Shown here in pieces: positions 1-10,341 of a stretch of 32,000 nt of DNA. Under the pieces are notes generated by a model. It was given only the letters and a program-made list of their open reading frames with translations. It did no database searches and was not told where the DNA came from. Position numbers and translations under genes: made by a program. This DNA is from Synechococcus elongatus PCC 6301 (lineage in GTDB: Bacteria > Cyanobacteriota > Cyanobacteriia > Synechococcales > Synechococcaceae): positions 270,001 to 302,000 of the forward strand of contig NC_006576.1 of the NCBI RefSeq assembly GCF_000010065.1, given 5' to 3'. How positions within the stretch are numbered: position 1 is the first letter of the stretch; each line of letters begins with the position of its first letter.

Positions 1-8
1 TGAAAGAG

Positions 9-386
9 ATGACGGCGGCGGCTCGCTATCTGTCGCGCTACCTCGAAGCAGCCCAGCAAGTGCGGACGCTCAACAATACGACACTGGATTTGGAGCAGGC
101 CCTGAACGAAGCCCAACGGCTCGATATTCTCAACCTCGTGTCCGATCTATTAAGCCAATCGGCACAACTTGAACAGGCGATCGCTAAGCTTTACACCAGT
201 TGGCGGCGTGTCAGCAGCCTCAGCGATCGCCTCTATTTGGAAAGTGGCGCCAGCACACCCAATCTGCGATCGCTGCTCCAGCAGTTGCAAACCCTCTCCG
301 GCACCTTGATCTGCCTGCCCCTCGGCGACATTCAAAGTGGGCGGGTGATTCAACTGCAAGTGGTGGATGACGGCGAGCCCGCTTAG
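9..386 (+). CDS. hypothetical protein, possibly 5'-truncated by the window edge
   Basis: 125-aa ORF. The frame stays open upstream to base 3, so the true start may lie outside the window. Leu/Gln-rich helical composition with no family motif I recognise. It lies on the same strand as the CHAD gene, 117 nt upstream of it. Confidence 0.45.
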   Translation: MTAAARYLSRYLEAAQQVRTLNNTTLDLEQALNEAQRLDILNLVSDLLSQSAQLEQAIAKLYTSWRRVSSLSDRLYLESGASTPNLRSLLQQLQTLSGTLICLPLGDIQSGRVIQLQVVDDGEPA

Positions 387-503
387 ACAGAGCGATCACA
401 ATCGCAGCAGGCAGTCTCGCTAGACTGGATCCAAGGGGTATGGCTGCCCATCTTGCTCCTGACCAGCGGAGTCAGAAAGCCAGCCAGCGAAGGAGGATCG
501 GTG

Positions 504-1460
504 ATGTCTGATTCCCTCAATCTGCCCGCTGAAAGTCTGGGTCAGTGCCTGCTGCAAGGCTTGCAAAAACAGGTCGATCACTATCTGCACTATCGTCGGG
601 CCGTGCTGAGCGATCGCGATCCTGAGGATCTACACCAGTTGCGCGTCAGTCTGCGACGGCTGCGCAGCTTATTGGAGAACTACGACTTTGCTCTGAGTCT
701 TCCAAAAGCCGTATCCCTGCGATCGCTCTCGACTTTAGGACGCCGCTGCGGTCGTGTCCGTGATCTGGATGTCCTACTGGAAGCCTTGCACGCCTTACCG
801 AAGCCGGAGCGACCTCAAGAAGCACATCAGCTTCTCCAGCTCCAACGAAAATTGAAAAAACGCTGTGGGCAAGCTCGCCGTCAGCTTCAGCGTGAATTAA
901 AGCGATCGCGCTACCAACACTGCATCTTGGCCCTGAGAAATTGGTTGGCTAAGCCCCGCTTTCAAGCAGCTGCCCACCTCGCGATCGCTGACCTATTGCC
1001 CGAGTTAGTTCTGCCCAGTTATGCCTGCCTCCATCTCCATCCGGCTTGGTGGATCGACAGGGTTGCCGTAGAGCGCTTGCGGCCCATCGATAATCGACAG
1101 CTGCACGACCTTCGCAAGACTGTGAAGCGTTTCCGCTATGGCGTAGAGGTTTTAGAATTTTCGCCAGAACTAGATTTTGAGCCCTTACTGCAGCGACTCA
1201 AACCCCTGCAAACAGCTTTAGGCAACTGGCAAGATCGCGCCACTTGGACGGCGTTACTAGCCCATCAGCAGGCGAACTGGCAGCAACGGATTCCGAGCCT
1301 GGCCGATCGCTGGCAGCAGGATAGCCAAGTTGCATGGCGGCAATGGTTGGAGCAGCAACAAACCCTGCGTGAACCCAGTACAGGCTTGCAGGTCACGGTC
1401 TACGACTGCTTGGGCTGGCGATCGCCTCAGTCGGGCCGGATCAGTGCCACCCCTTCGTGA
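504..1460 (+). CDS. CHAD domain-containing protein
   Basis: Repeated CHAD-type basic helices: [16 protein letters not shown] and [19 protein letters not shown] prefer the ATG at 504 because GAAGGAGGA sits 6-14 nt upstream. The ORF-track start at 453 is a TTG extension. Confidence 0.75.
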   Translation: MSDSLNLPAESLGQCLLQGLQKQVDHYLHYRRAVLSDRDPEDLHQLRVSLRRLRSLLENYDFALSLPKAVSLRSLSTLGRRCGRVRDLDVLLEALHALPKPERPQEAHQLLQLQRKLKKRCGQARRQLQRELKRSRYQHCILALRNWLAKPRFQAAAHLAIADLLPELVLPSYACLHLHPAWWIDRVAVERLRPIDNRQLHDLRKTVKRFRYGVEVLEFSPELDFEPLLQRLKPLQTALGNWQDRATWTALLAHQQANWQQRIPSLADRWQQDSQVAWRQWLEQQQTLREPSTGLQVTVYDCLGWRSPQSGRISATPS

Positions 1461-1966
1461 CCATCAACGGACTGGAAGTAGACTTCCACCCGCTCACTGC
1501 GCCGCGTCGGCACAACCTTGCCGACGAAATCGGGCTGGATCGGTAGTTCCCGATTGCCGCGATCGATCAGAACTGCGAGGCGGACGATCGCAGGGCGGCC
1601 GTAGTCATTCAAGGCATCCATGGCGGCGCGAATCGTTCGACCGGTGAAGATCACGTCATCGACCAGAACCACGGTGCAACCCGATAAGTCCTGGGGGATG
1701 CGGCTGCGCTCCGGTTGGCGAGCCCCGATGCGATCGAGGTCATCGCGATAGAAGGTGATGTCCAAACTGCCCCAGGCGATTGGCTGACCTTCGAGCTGGG
1801 CGATCGCTTGCGCCAGTCCTTCTGCCAGATAAACGCCTCGGGTATGAATCCCGATTAAGACTAGGCGATCGACCTGTCGGGCACTCTCAACAATCTGCGA
1901 AGCGAGACGATTGAGGGTGCGGCGCTGCTCGTCGGCAGACAGCAATTCGATTTGAGAAGGGCTCAT
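1427..1966 (-). CDS. pyrR: bifunctional pyrimidine operon regulator / uracil phosphoribosyltransferase PyrR
   Basis: PRPP-binding motif [21 protein letters not shown] and the typical PyrR N-terminus ([17 protein letters not shown]). Length is about 179 aa from the ATG at 1966; the TTG at 1981 is the alternative start. Confidence 0.85.
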   Translation of the reverse strand: MSPSQIELLSADEQRRTLNRLASQIVESARQVDRLVLIGIHTRGVYLAEGLAQAIAQLEGQPIAWGSLDITFYRDDLDRIGARQPERSRIPQDLSGCTVVLVDDVIFTGRTIRAAMDALNDYGRPAIVRLAVLIDRGNRELPIQPDFVGKVVPTRRSERVEVYFQSVDGHEGVALIRPD

Positions 1967-2031
1967 GGCGATCGCCTGCAAGACAAGCTCATTATTAGGG
2001 GAGGATTGGCCCCACGTCGGTCAAGCAGACC

Positions 2032-2883
2032 TTAGCTCAGTTTGGATTTAGCGCGCGATCGCCCCCAGATGCCACGACTCGGACTAAACAGAAAGGCTGC
2101 CAGAAATGCCAAGAAACTGATCAGGGCGATCGCGGGTCCCGAGGGCAGGTTGAGATAGTAGCTGCCATACAGCCCCAGCCAAGCAGAGGCGACACCGATC
2201 ACACTGCTGAGCACCAGCATCCAGTGCAGCTCTCGCACCAAAAGGTAGGCTGCTAGCGCCGGGCAGGAAATCAGGGCAATGATCAAAATGACGCCCACCG
2301 CCTGCATGCCTGCAATGATCGTCAAACTCATCGCCGTGACTAAGCCAAATTCCAGCCAGCGTACTGGCAAGCCGATCGCCGCTGCTCCCACCGGATCAAA
2401 GGAGTAGTAGAGCAAAGGACGATAGCAAAGCGCGATCGCCAGCAACACTCCCACGGCAATGCTGCCACTCCGCCAGAGATCCGTGGGACTGACGCTGAGG
2501 ATGTCGCCAAACAGAAAGCCTTCCAGATTCAAGCGGCTACCGAGGATGGGAATTAGCAGCATTCCCAGGGCAAAAAAGCTCGCCAAAATTGCATTCATGG
2601 CCGCATCGGGTTTAACCACAGCCTGACTCTGAATCCAAGTCAGCAGGCCCGAGCTGAGCAATCCTGACAAGAAAGCGCCAATGCTAATGTCGAGGCCGAT
2701 CGCTTGGGCAATCACCAAGCCCGGCAGCACCGCATGGGAGATCACATTCGCCAAAAAGCCAAGGCGCTGCACGATCAAGTAACTCCCGACCACCGGCCCA
2801 ATCACGCCGGCGATCAAGCCCATCAGTAAGGCCCGCCGAAAAAAGTCGTAGGTCAGCGGTGCAGTCAGACTGTCAACAATCAC
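2032..2883 (-). CDS. znuB: metal (Zn/Mn-type) ABC transporter permease, ABC-3 / ZnuB-MntB family
   Basis: 283-aa polytopic membrane protein with ABC-3 family character. GTG start 6 nt after the stop of the upstream ATPase gene. The zinc assignment rests on the His-rich loop of the divergent binding protein. Confidence 0.8.
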   Translation of the reverse strand: MIVDSLTAPLTYDFFRRALLMGLIAGVIGPVVGSYLIVQRLGFLANVISHAVLPGLVIAQAIGLDISIGAFLSGLLSSGLLTWIQSQAVVKPDAAMNAILASFFALGMLLIPILGSRLNLEGFLFGDILSVSPTDLWRSGSIAVGVLLAIALCYRPLLYYSFDPVGAAAIGLPVRWLEFGLVTAMSLTIIAGMQAVGVILIIALISCPALAAYLLVRELHWMLVLSSVIGVASAWLGLYGSYYLNLPSGPAIALISFLAFLAAFLFSPSRGIWGRSRAKSKLS

Positions 2884-2889
2884 GATCGC

Positions 2890-3627
2890 CTAGCAAGCAA
2901 AGCCCCATTGTCGATCAGGGGGAGCATCAGGCTGGCGCGCACCAAAGGTTTGCTGCAAGTTCTGCGGCGTCAGGGCTCGATCGGGAATGTCGTGGCAGAT
3001 GATCCGCCGGTTCAGCAAGATCAGGCGATCGTAGCGCTGGAGGGCGTCGCCCCATTCATGGCTACAGACAATCAGGGTTTTTCCCTGCTGGGCAAACTGC
3101 TGGAATAGATTCTGCATCAGCCGCTCGGTCGGGTGATCGATGCCAGTAAAGGGCTCATTTAGCAGCAGCAGATCGGCTCCTTGGGCGATCGCCCGCGCCA
3201 AAAATACCCGCTGCTGCTGACCCCCAGACAGTTCCGCCAAGGGCCGGTGGCGTAGCTCAGTCAATTGAACTTGTTCGAGAGCCGCCGCGATCCGCGATCC
3301 TGTTTGGGGCGATCGCCCCCACCAAGAACGAACCTCAGCCCCCAGTCGCACCACTGTTTCCACGGTGATTGGATACTGCCAATCAATCTGCGATCGCTGG
3401 GGCACGTAGGCGATCGAACGCTGACCCCGCCGCAAGGGTCGACCGCGCCAGCGCACTTCTCCGGCATAGGGTGTCAGCAACCCCAGAATGGCGCGCACCA
3501 ACGTACTTTTCCCAGCACCATTCGGCCCAATCAGAGCTAACTGCTCACCGGCCTGCACCTGTAGACAAATATCTTCTAAGACCCGCTGCTGGCGATAGCA
3601 AACGCTGAGGTGCTGGATCTCGAGCAT
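2890..3627 (-). CDS. znuC: metal ABC transporter ATP-binding protein (ZnuC/MntA type)
   Basis: Walker A GPNGAGKST, signature LSGGQQQR, and a Walker B region LLLLNEPF (Asn where Asp is expected; see findings). ATG at 3625-3627. Confidence 0.85.
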   Translation of the reverse strand: MLEIQHLSVCYRQQRVLEDICLQVQAGEQLALIGPNGAGKSTLVRAILGLLTPYAGEVRWRGRPLRRGQRSIAYVPQRSQIDWQYPITVETVVRLGAEVRSWWGRSPQTGSRIAAALEQVQLTELRHRPLAELSGGQQQRVFLARAIAQGADLLLLNEPFTGIDHPTERLMQNLFQQFAQQGKTLIVCSHEWGDALQRYDRLILLNRRIICHDIPDRALTPQNLQQTFGARQPDAPPDRQWGFAC

Positions 3628-3633
3628 AGGGAA

Positions 3634-3648
3634 TGATAACGATTCTCA
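3634..3648. promoter_or_regulatory. candidate Zur (Fur-family) 7-1-7 operator in the znuCB / znuA divergent promoter
   Basis: TGATAAC-G-ATTCTCA matches 13 of 15 positions of the Fur/Zur-type TGATAAT-N-ATTATCA palindrome. It lies in the 58-bp spacer between the divergent transporter genes, upstream of a TATCAT -10-like hexamer at 3656-3661. Confidence 0.5.
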
Positions 3649-3685
3649 AGTTAATCTATCATCAACCTGCGGGTGTTCTGACCAA

Positions 3686-4723
3686 GTGATGATGAAGATT
3701 ACGTTGGGTTCTGCTAAAGCACTGAGTCTGATCTGTGCGACAGCGCTGCTTTGGGGCTGTCAGCAGCCTGCTAGCCGCGATCGTAATCAGCCCAAGGTGG
3801 TGGCCACGACTGCCGTACTCTGCGACCTCGCGCAGCAAATTGGCAGCGACAGCATCGACCTCACCTGCTTGCTGCAACCTGATCAAGATCCCCACGTCTA
3901 CACCCCCACACCTGAGGACCGGCGCGCAGTGGAAGAAGCGCAGCTGGTGCTCTACGGTGGCTACGACTATGAGCCATCCCTCATTCGCATTGTCCAGGCC
4001 ACCCAGTCTGCGGCTCCCAAGCTGGCGGTCTACGAAGCTGCCGTGCCAACCCCTTTGTTGGGGGGAGCGCATGACCATGACCACGGCGAGAAAGCAGGCG
4101 ACGATCACGGTCACGATCATGCAGAAGAGAAGACAGCAGCAGCCACTGCTGACGCCGATCAGACACCGGATCCCCACGTCTGGCACGATGCCCGCAATGG
4201 CATTGCGATCGCCCAAGTGGTCACCCAAGCCCTGAGTGAGCTCCAGCCCGCTGAAGCCAGCACCTATCAGCAACGGGAGCAAGCGATCGTGGCGGAACTC
4301 CAGCAAATTCAAGCCTGGATTCCCCAGCAAATTGCCACGATTCCCGCCAATCAACGGCGGCTGATTACCACTCACGATTCGTTTGGCTACTATGCCCGCG
4401 CCTATGGGCTGACAGAATCAGGGGCGATCGCTGGCCTCAGCACCCAAGAGCAACCGACACCGACGCGCCTGACGGAATTGGTCAATAGCCTGCGCGCTGC
4501 TCAAGTCCCGACTGTTTTCAGAGAGACCACTAGCAATCCCCAGTTGATTGGCACCGTCGCCCAGGAGGCCGGAGTACAGGTCTCTGCGCAACCGCTCTAC
4601 GTGGAAGGCCCGGGTGGCGCTGATTCCCCCGCCCCCAGCTACCAGCAGATGCTGATCCACAACACCTGTGCGATCGCGACTGGCTTGGGCGGGCGTTGCC
4701 AACCGCCTCAGCGGCAGTCCTAG
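3686..4723 (+). CDS. znuA: zinc-type ABC transporter substrate-binding lipoprotein (ZnuA-like, cluster A-I SBP)
   Basis: Lipoprotein signal with lipobox LLWGC. Acidic His-rich loop GGAHDHDHGEKAGDDHGHDHAEEK, characteristic of ZnuA rather than MntC. Conserved DPHVW and THDSFGYY motifs. Possible starts are GTG 3686, ATG 3689 and ATG 3692. Confidence 0.85.
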   Translation: MMMKITLGSAKALSLICATALLWGCQQPASRDRNQPKVVATTAVLCDLAQQIGSDSIDLTCLLQPDQDPHVYTPTPEDRRAVEEAQLVLYGGYDYEPSLIRIVQATQSAAPKLAVYEAAVPTPLLGGAHDHDHGEKAGDDHGHDHAEEKTAAATADADQTPDPHVWHDARNGIAIAQVVTQALSELQPAEASTYQQREQAIVAELQQIQAWIPQQIATIPANQRRLITTHDSFGYYARAYGLTESGAIAGLSTQEQPTPTRLTELVNSLRAAQVPTVFRETTSNPQLIGTVAQEAGVQVSAQPLYVEGPGGADSPAPSYQQMLIHNTCAIATGLGGRCQPPQRQS

Positions 4724-4816
4724 GCTTTCAGCGCTGAGTTCCCAAGGCTGCAGGCTGTTTTGGATGGGGCGGCGGTGCAGATTCGCTAGGATGAAGATTG
4801 AATTTTTCCGTTCAGC

Positions 4817-6217
4817 ATGGCAGCCATATCGCAACCCGTCATCGTCATTGGAGCAGGGTTAGCGGGGACCGAAGCGGCTTGGCAGATTGCTGAAGCAGGT
4901 GTGCCGGTCATCCTCTACGAGATGCGGCCCCAGCGACAAAGTCCGGCGCACCACAGCGAATCTTTTGCAGAGCTGGTCTGCAGCAACTCTTTTGGAGCGA
5001 TGGCCAGCGATCGCGCGGCAGGTTTGCTGCACGAAGAATTGCGGCGTCTGGGATCCTTAGTTTTCAGCAAAGCGAGCGAGCATCAAGTGCCGGCAGGCGG
5101 TGCGCTTGCAGTCGATCGCGCCTTATTTAGCGAAGATCTGACCCGCACTGTGGCGGATCATCCCTTGGTTGAGATTCGGCGGGAAGAATTGCGATCGCTG
5201 CCAACCGAGGGCATTGTTGTCCTCTGCACCGGCCCGCTCACCAGTCCCGATCTTGCAGAGGACCTGCAGCGGTTTACGGGACAGGACTATTGCAGCTTCT
5301 TTGATGCGGCCAGCCCAATCGTCACGGGCGAGTCGATTGATCAAGCGATCGCCTTCCGAGCCTCGCGCTACGACAAAGGCGAAGCCGCTTATCTCAACTG
5401 TCCCCTCAATCGCGATCAATATCTGGCTTTCCGCGAAGCTCTAGTCACGGCAGAGCAAGCCGAACTCAAGGATTTTGAACAGGAGTCAGCCAAATTCTTT
5501 GAAGGCTGCCTGCCGATCGAAGAATTGGCGCGGCGCGGTGAAGACACCATGCGCTACGGTCCGCTCAAACCCGTTGGCCTGTTTGATGCCCGTCTCGGCG
5601 ATTGGCGCGATCCCGAAAATCGGAGTCGCCGTCCCTACGCGATTGTCCAGCTGCGGCAGGAAGATCGAGCCGGCAACCTTTGGAATTTAGTTGGGTTTCA
5701 GACCAATTTGCGCTGGGGCGAGCAAAAGCGCATCTTCCAGATGATTCCGGGGCTCAGCCAAGCAGAGTTTGTCCGGTTTGGGGTCATGCATCGCAATACC
5801 TTTGTCAATGCGCCGCAACTGCTCGATGCCAGTCTGCAATTCCGGCAGCGACCGACTCTCTTGGCTGCGGGGCAGTTGATTGGTACAGAAGGCTATAGCG
5901 CGGCGGTGGCGGGCGGCTGGTTGGCCGGAACCAACGCGGCGCGCTTAGCCCTTGGGCGATCGCCCCTAGTCTTACCCGACACGCTAGTCAGTGGCTCCCT
6001 GTTCCGCTTTATCAGTAGCGCTGAGCCTAAGTATTTCCAGCCGATGCCGCCTAACTTCGGTATCCTACCCAATCTGGAGCAGCCCCCTCGCAACAAGAAA
6101 GATCGTTACGCCGCGTACCGCGATCGCGCCCTTCAAGATTTACGGGACTGGCAGCAAACCCACGCGATCGGCAATTTGTCGCCAAGTACAGGTTTAGCTA
6201 CAACGGCGATCGCGTAA
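4817..6217 (+). CDS. trmFO: methylenetetrahydrofolate--tRNA-(uracil54-C5)-methyltransferase TrmFO (Gid)
   Basis: N-terminal FAD fold [18 protein letters not shown]. Characteristic TrmFO blocks: [26 protein letters not shown]. Confidence 0.9.
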   Translation: MAAISQPVIVIGAGLAGTEAAWQIAEAGVPVILYEMRPQRQSPAHHSESFAELVCSNSFGAMASDRAAGLLHEELRRLGSLVFSKASEHQVPAGGALAVDRALFSEDLTRTVADHPLVEIRREELRSLPTEGIVVLCTGPLTSPDLAEDLQRFTGQDYCSFFDAASPIVTGESIDQAIAFRASRYDKGEAAYLNCPLNRDQYLAFREALVTAEQAELKDFEQESAKFFEGCLPIEELARRGEDTMRYGPLKPVGLFDARLGDWRDPENRSRRPYAIVQLRQEDRAGNLWNLVGFQTNLRWGEQKRIFQMIPGLSQAEFVRFGVMHRNTFVNAPQLLDASLQFRQRPTLLAAGQLIGTEGYSAAVAGGWLAGTNAARLALGRSPLVLPDTLVSGSLFRFISSAEPKYFQPMPPNFGILPNLEQPPRNKKDRYAAYRDRALQDLRDWQQTHAIGNLSPSTGLATTAIA

Positions 6218-6394
6218 CCCAGAATCGGACTAGAACAGCTCTCGAGAATTAGCCCGCTCTAGCTGTTGGCCAGATTGGTGGGATGGCACCGCTCAATTCC
6301 TTTCCCGCGATCGCCAAGGGGTGTTGATAACCGCATGACTCGGGATCGCCATTAGGCTACCTTGTTCCCAAAGCCCCTCCACGTGAGAGCGATC

Positions 6395-8266
6395 ATGGCC
6401 ATCAAGGAGAATCCCACGCGGCCGAGCCGCAACCGTATTATCAGCTTCGTCCTGTTTGGTGTGGGTCTGTTCTTTTTGCTGATTGGGTTAATTCCCGGCG
6501 TGGGCAGTCCCCAAGTCTCTCGGGTGCCCTACAGCCTATTCATCGATCAGGTGAATGATGGCTTGGTTGCCCGGGCTTACATCACGCAGGAACAAATTCG
6601 CTACCAACTCAAGGATGTTGAGGGCGAAGCGGGTGATGTCCTCAGCACAACGCCCATCTTTGACTTGGAACTCCCTCAGCGTCTGGAACAAAAGGGGGTT
6701 GAGTTTGCTGCTGCCCCACCTCAGAAAGGAAATTTCTTTACCACTCTGCTCGGTTGGATCATTCCGCCCTTGATTTTCATTGGGGTGCTGCAATTCTTTG
6801 CAGCTCGGCAAGCCCGCAATGGCCCGCAAGGCGCGCTGTCTTTCACGAAGAGTCGCGCTAAGGTCTACGTCGAAGGTGATGATACCCGTACCACCTTCAG
6901 TGATGTGGCGGGCGTCGAAGAGGCGAAGGCCGAACTGCAAGAGATTGTTGACTTCCTCAAAACCCCTGAACGCTACCTCAACATTGGCGCTCGTATTCCA
7001 AAAGGGGTATTGCTGGTCGGGCCTCCGGGTACCGGTAAAACCCTGCTGGCGAAAGCCGTAGCCGGTGAAGCCCGCGTGCCGTTCTTCTCAATTTCTGGTT
7101 CGGAATTCGTCGAACTCTTTGTTGGCGCTGGGGCAGCTCGCGTCCGTGACCTGTTTGAACAAGCCAAGCAGAAGGCACCTTGTATCGTCTTCATCGATGA
7201 GTTGGATGCGATCGGGAAATCTCGTGCCAGCGGCAATTTCATGGGTGGCAACGATGAGCGGGAGCAAACCCTCAACCAGTTGCTGACCGAAATGGATGGG
7301 TTCTCGGCAGATGGCGCCACTGTCATTGTCCTTGCAGCCACCAACCGGCCAGAAACACTGGATCCGGCATTACTACGTCCGGGTCGCTTCGATCGCCAAG
7401 TCCTAGTCGATCGCCCTGATCTGGCGGGACGGAAGGCAATTTTGGACATTTATGGCCGCAAGGTCAAGCTGGATCCGGAAGTCGATTTACAAGCGATCGC
7501 GGTACGAACCTCAGGCTTTGCCGGTGCGGACCTTGCCAACCTCATCAATGAAGCTGCTCTACTGGCAGCGCGTAACGGTCGCACAGAAGTCGCGCAAGCT
7601 GATCTGAATGAAGCGATCGAGCGGGTGGTCGCGGGTCTGGAGAAGAAGAGCCGCGTCCTCAACGACAACGAAAAACGGATTGTTGCCTACCACGAAGTCG
7701 GCCACGCGATCGTGGGTGCCCTGATGCCCGGTGGCAGCAAAGTGGCCAAGATTTCGATCGTGCCGCGCGGTATGGCAGCTCTGGGTTACACCCTGCAACT
7801 GCCGACGGAAGATCGCTTCTTGCTCAGTGCCGAGGAACTCAAAGGCCAGATTGCCACGCTGCTAGGTGGGCGATCGGCGGAAGAGATCATCTTTGGCAGC
7901 ATCACCACCGGCGCTTCCAATGACCTGCAGCGAGCCACAGACGTGGCGGAGCAGATGGTCACCACCTACGGCATGAGCCAAGTCTTGGGCCCGTTGGCCT
8001 TTGATAAAGGCGGCGGCAATAACTTCCTTGGCGGTGAGGGTATGAATCCTCGCCGGCGGGTCAGTGATGAGACGGCGAAGGCGATCGACGCAGAGGTCAA
8101 GCAACTCGTGGATGATGGTCACGATCAAGCCCTGGCAATTCTGAATCGCAATCGCGATCTACTCGAGGAAATTGCTCAGCGCATCTTGGATGTGGAAGTG
8201 ATTGAAGGCGACGAGCTGCAATCCCTCCTCCAACGCGCTGAACTGCCCGAGTTGCAGCCAGCCTAA
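6395..8266 (+). CDS. ftsH: ATP-dependent zinc metalloprotease FtsH
   Basis: Two N-terminal TM segments. AAA module with GPPGTGKT and IVFIDELD. Zn site HEVGHAIV. I prefer the ATG at 6395 (MAIKENP) over the TTG extension at 6362. Confidence 0.93.
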   Translation: MAIKENPTRPSRNRIISFVLFGVGLFFLLIGLIPGVGSPQVSRVPYSLFIDQVNDGLVARAYITQEQIRYQLKDVEGEAGDVLSTTPIFDLELPQRLEQKGVEFAAAPPQKGNFFTTLLGWIIPPLIFIGVLQFFAARQARNGPQGALSFTKSRAKVYVEGDDTRTTFSDVAGVEEAKAELQEIVDFLKTPERYLNIGARIPKGVLLVGPPGTGKTLLAKAVAGEARVPFFSISGSEFVELFVGAGAARVRDLFEQAKQKAPCIVFIDELDAIGKSRASGNFMGGNDEREQTLNQLLTEMDGFSADGATVIVLAATNRPETLDPALLRPGRFDRQVLVDRPDLAGRKAILDIYGRKVKLDPEVDLQAIAVRTSGFAGADLANLINEAALLAARNGRTEVAQADLNEAIERVVAGLEKKSRVLNDNEKRIVAYHEVGHAIVGALMPGGSKVAKISIVPRGMAALGYTLQLPTEDRFLLSAEELKGQIATLLGGRSAEEIIFGSITTGASNDLQRATDVAEQMVTTYGMSQVLGPLAFDKGGGNNFLGGEGMNPRRRVSDETAKAIDAEVKQLVDDGHDQALAILNRNRDLLEEIAQRILDVEVIEGDELQSLLQRAELPELQPA

Positions 8267-8292
8267 AGCCCAAGGTTACGTCAGAAATTTTG

Positions 8293-8326
8293 AAGCCCTC
8301 CTTTGCAGATAGCGAGGAGGGCTTTT
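8293..8326. terminator. bidirectional intrinsic terminator between convergent ftsH and aspS
   Basis: Perfect 10-bp stem AAGCCCTCCT (8293-8302) / AGGAGGGCTT (8315-8324) with a 12-nt loop. Followed by TTTT on the + strand and preceded by AAATTTT, which gives a U-rich tail on the - strand. Confidence 0.8.
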
Positions 8327-8366
8327 GCGATCGCTTCCAGTCGTTGTCTTGATTGATCCTGAAACC

Positions 8367-10166
8367 TTAGTCGCGTTCTTTGATCGGCGGTTGCCAAGTG
8401 GAGGCGACGTAGAGTTCTTTGAGCTGGCGATCGCTGACATCAGCCGGCGCTTCGGTCAACAGACAGCGGGCTTGCTGCGTTTTCGGGAAGGCGATCGCAT
8501 CACGGATCGATTCTTCGCCGGTCAGCAACATCACAAGGCGATCGAGACCGTAGGCGATGCCGCCGTGGGGTGGAGTACCAAAGTCGAAGGCTTCCAGTAG
8601 GAATCCAAATTTAGCTTGGGCTTCCTCGTGGGACAGGCCGATCGTTTCAAACACCCGTTCTTGAATGTCGCGTTGGTAAATCCGCAGACTACCGCCGCCA
8701 ATTTCCAAGCCATTGAGGACGATGTCGTAGGCTTGGGCTCGCGCCGTTGTCAGGTCTTCTAGATCTTGAGGATTGGGGGCCGTGAAGGGGTGGTGTAGCG
8801 CTTCGTAGCGCTTCTCATCGGCATTCCACTCGACCATCGGGAAGTCCACGACCCAGAGCAAGTTGAGTGCCTCGGGATCGATCAATCCCAACTCTTTACC
8901 CAAGAATTGGCGGACGCGATCGAGGGACTTGTTGACGATGTCGGTGCTCCCTGCTCCAAATAGCAACAGCGTTCCGGGTTGTGCCTGAGTGCGACGGAGG
9001 ATCTCAGCTTTCTGCTCATCACTGAGGTTGTCTTTGATCGCGCCAATCGTGTCGATCTCGCCGTTTTCACGGACGCGAATGTAGGCCAGACCGGCAGCAC
9101 CGGCTTCCGTGGCTTCTTTGAAGATGTCGCCGCCGGGCTTGATCCGCACGTTGGAAATGCGATCGTTGCCATCGGGAATCGGCAGGATTTTGACCTTGCC
9201 GCCGGATTTGACTGCGCCACTGAAGACCTTGAAGCCCATGTCCGCAACGACATCGGAAACATCCACCAGCTTTAGGCCAAAGCGCGTGTCGGGGCGATCG
9301 CTGCCGTAGCGATCCATCGCCTCAGCGTAGGTCAAGCGCGGGAAGGGTCGCGGCAGCTCAATACCCTTCACTGTTTTGAAGATGTGAGCAATCAGCCGCT
9401 CGTTCAGGTCGATGATTTCTTCCTGGGAGAGGAAGCTCATTTCCATATCGAGCTGGGTAAATTCCGGCTGACGATCGGCGCGCAAATCTTCATCGCGGAA
9501 GCAGCGGGCAATTTGGTAGTAGCGATCGAACCCCGACACCATCAGCAGTTGCTTAAACAGCTGCGGTGATTGCGGCAGGGCAAACCATTCGCCCGGATTG
9601 ACCCGCGAGGGCACCAAGTAATCCCGTGCGCCTTCCGGCGTCGACTTGGTCAGGACGGGTGTTTCAATCTCGATAAATTGTTCTTCATCTTCCAAGAAGC
9701 GGCGAATCGCCTTGACGACTTGGTGACGCAGCTGCAGATTGCGGTTCATGCGATCGCGGCGCAGATCCAAGTAGCGGTAGCGCAGCCGCAAATCTTCCCG
9801 CACCGTCTCTTCATCGGCGCTGGAAACTTGGAAGGGCAACTGACGGCGGACTGCGTTCAGAATTTCAATGCGATCAGCGTAGATTTCTACTTCGCCCGTT
9901 GGCAGCTTCGGGTTGAGGGATTCCGCCGGCCGACCGCTGACCCGTCCGGTGATTTTTACCACATACTCGTTGCGCAGGCCTTCGGCTTGGTGGTATGACT
10001 CCGGCGTCCGTTCTGGATCACTAACGATTTGCACCGTGCCTGTGCGATCGCGCAGATCGACAAAGATCACGCCACCATGATCCCGACGCCGATCGACCCA
10101 GCCATAGAGCGTGACGGAGGTGCCAACTTGCTCGGCACGAAGTTCGCCGCAGTAGTGAGTGCGCAT
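8367..10166 (-). CDS. aspS: aspartate--tRNA ligase
   Basis: Class II aaRS motifs: [11 protein letters not shown]-terminus, [34 protein letters not shown]. Length is about 599 aa from the ATG at 10166. Confidence 0.93.
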   Translation of the reverse strand: MRTHYCGELRAEQVGTSVTLYGWVDRRRDHGGVIFVDLRDRTGTVQIVSDPERTPESYHQAEGLRNEYVVKITGRVSGRPAESLNPKLPTGEVEIYADRIEILNAVRRQLPFQVSSADEETVREDLRLRYRYLDLRRDRMNRNLQLRHQVVKAIRRFLEDEEQFIEIETPVLTKSTPEGARDYLVPSRVNPGEWFALPQSPQLFKQLLMVSGFDRYYQIARCFRDEDLRADRQPEFTQLDMEMSFLSQEEIIDLNERLIAHIFKTVKGIELPRPFPRLTYAEAMDRYGSDRPDTRFGLKLVDVSDVVADMGFKVFSGAVKSGGKVKILPIPDGNDRISNVRIKPGGDIFKEATEAGAAGLAYIRVRENGEIDTIGAIKDNLSDEQKAEILRRTQAQPGTLLLFGAGSTDIVNKSLDRVRQFLGKELGLIDPEALNLLWVVDFPMVEWNADEKRYEALHHPFTAPNPQDLEDLTTARAQAYDIVLNGLEIGGGSLRIYQRDIQERVFETIGLSHEEAQAKFGFLLEAFDFGTPPHGGIAYGLDRLVMLLTGEESIRDAIAFPKTQQARCLLTEAPADVSDRQLKELYVASTWQPPIKERD

Positions 10167-10341
10167 GGAGACGGGGGCGAGCCTGAACAACAAACTCTCT
10201 ATTATCTGTGAAGCGGTTCCGATCGCGTGCGATCGCGCCAGAATTCCTAGACTAAGGAGACAAGAGCGTCGCGCCCATTGCCAAGCGATCCAGCCCTGAT
10301 CTACTGTCCTCAGAGTTGAGGATCTTTGCGTCGGCAGCCCC

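Noticed and set aside
453-503. Upstream TTG/GTG extensions offered by the ORF track (453, 1981, 6362, 10193, 15791, 16676, 17317, 20562, 22883, 29015)
   Set aside because: In each case an internal ATG gives an N-terminus typical of the family (for example [10 protein letters not shown] for AspS and MGKPRVLSG for TrpS), and/or has a better SD. The extensions add non-conserved residues.
3662-4375. 237-aa ORF antisense to znuA
   Set aside because: It lies fully inside a well-supported CDS with clear family motifs. Its composition is Gly/Arg/Leu-rich and low in complexity, typical of shadow ORFs on the opposite strand of GC-rich genes. It has no motif and no SD.
6235-6275. Possible terminator after trmFO (AACAGCT ... 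AGCTGTT)
   Set aside because: A 7-bp stem with a loop of about 20 nt and no downstream T-run is not convincing as an intrinsic terminator.
6973-7449. 158-aa ORF antisense to the ftsH AAA domain, plus similar antisense or out-of-frame ORFs in aspS, trmFO, metF, malic enzyme and others
   Set aside because: All are nested in strongly supported genes and are Arg/Ser/Pro/Ala-rich shadow frames without recognisable domains.
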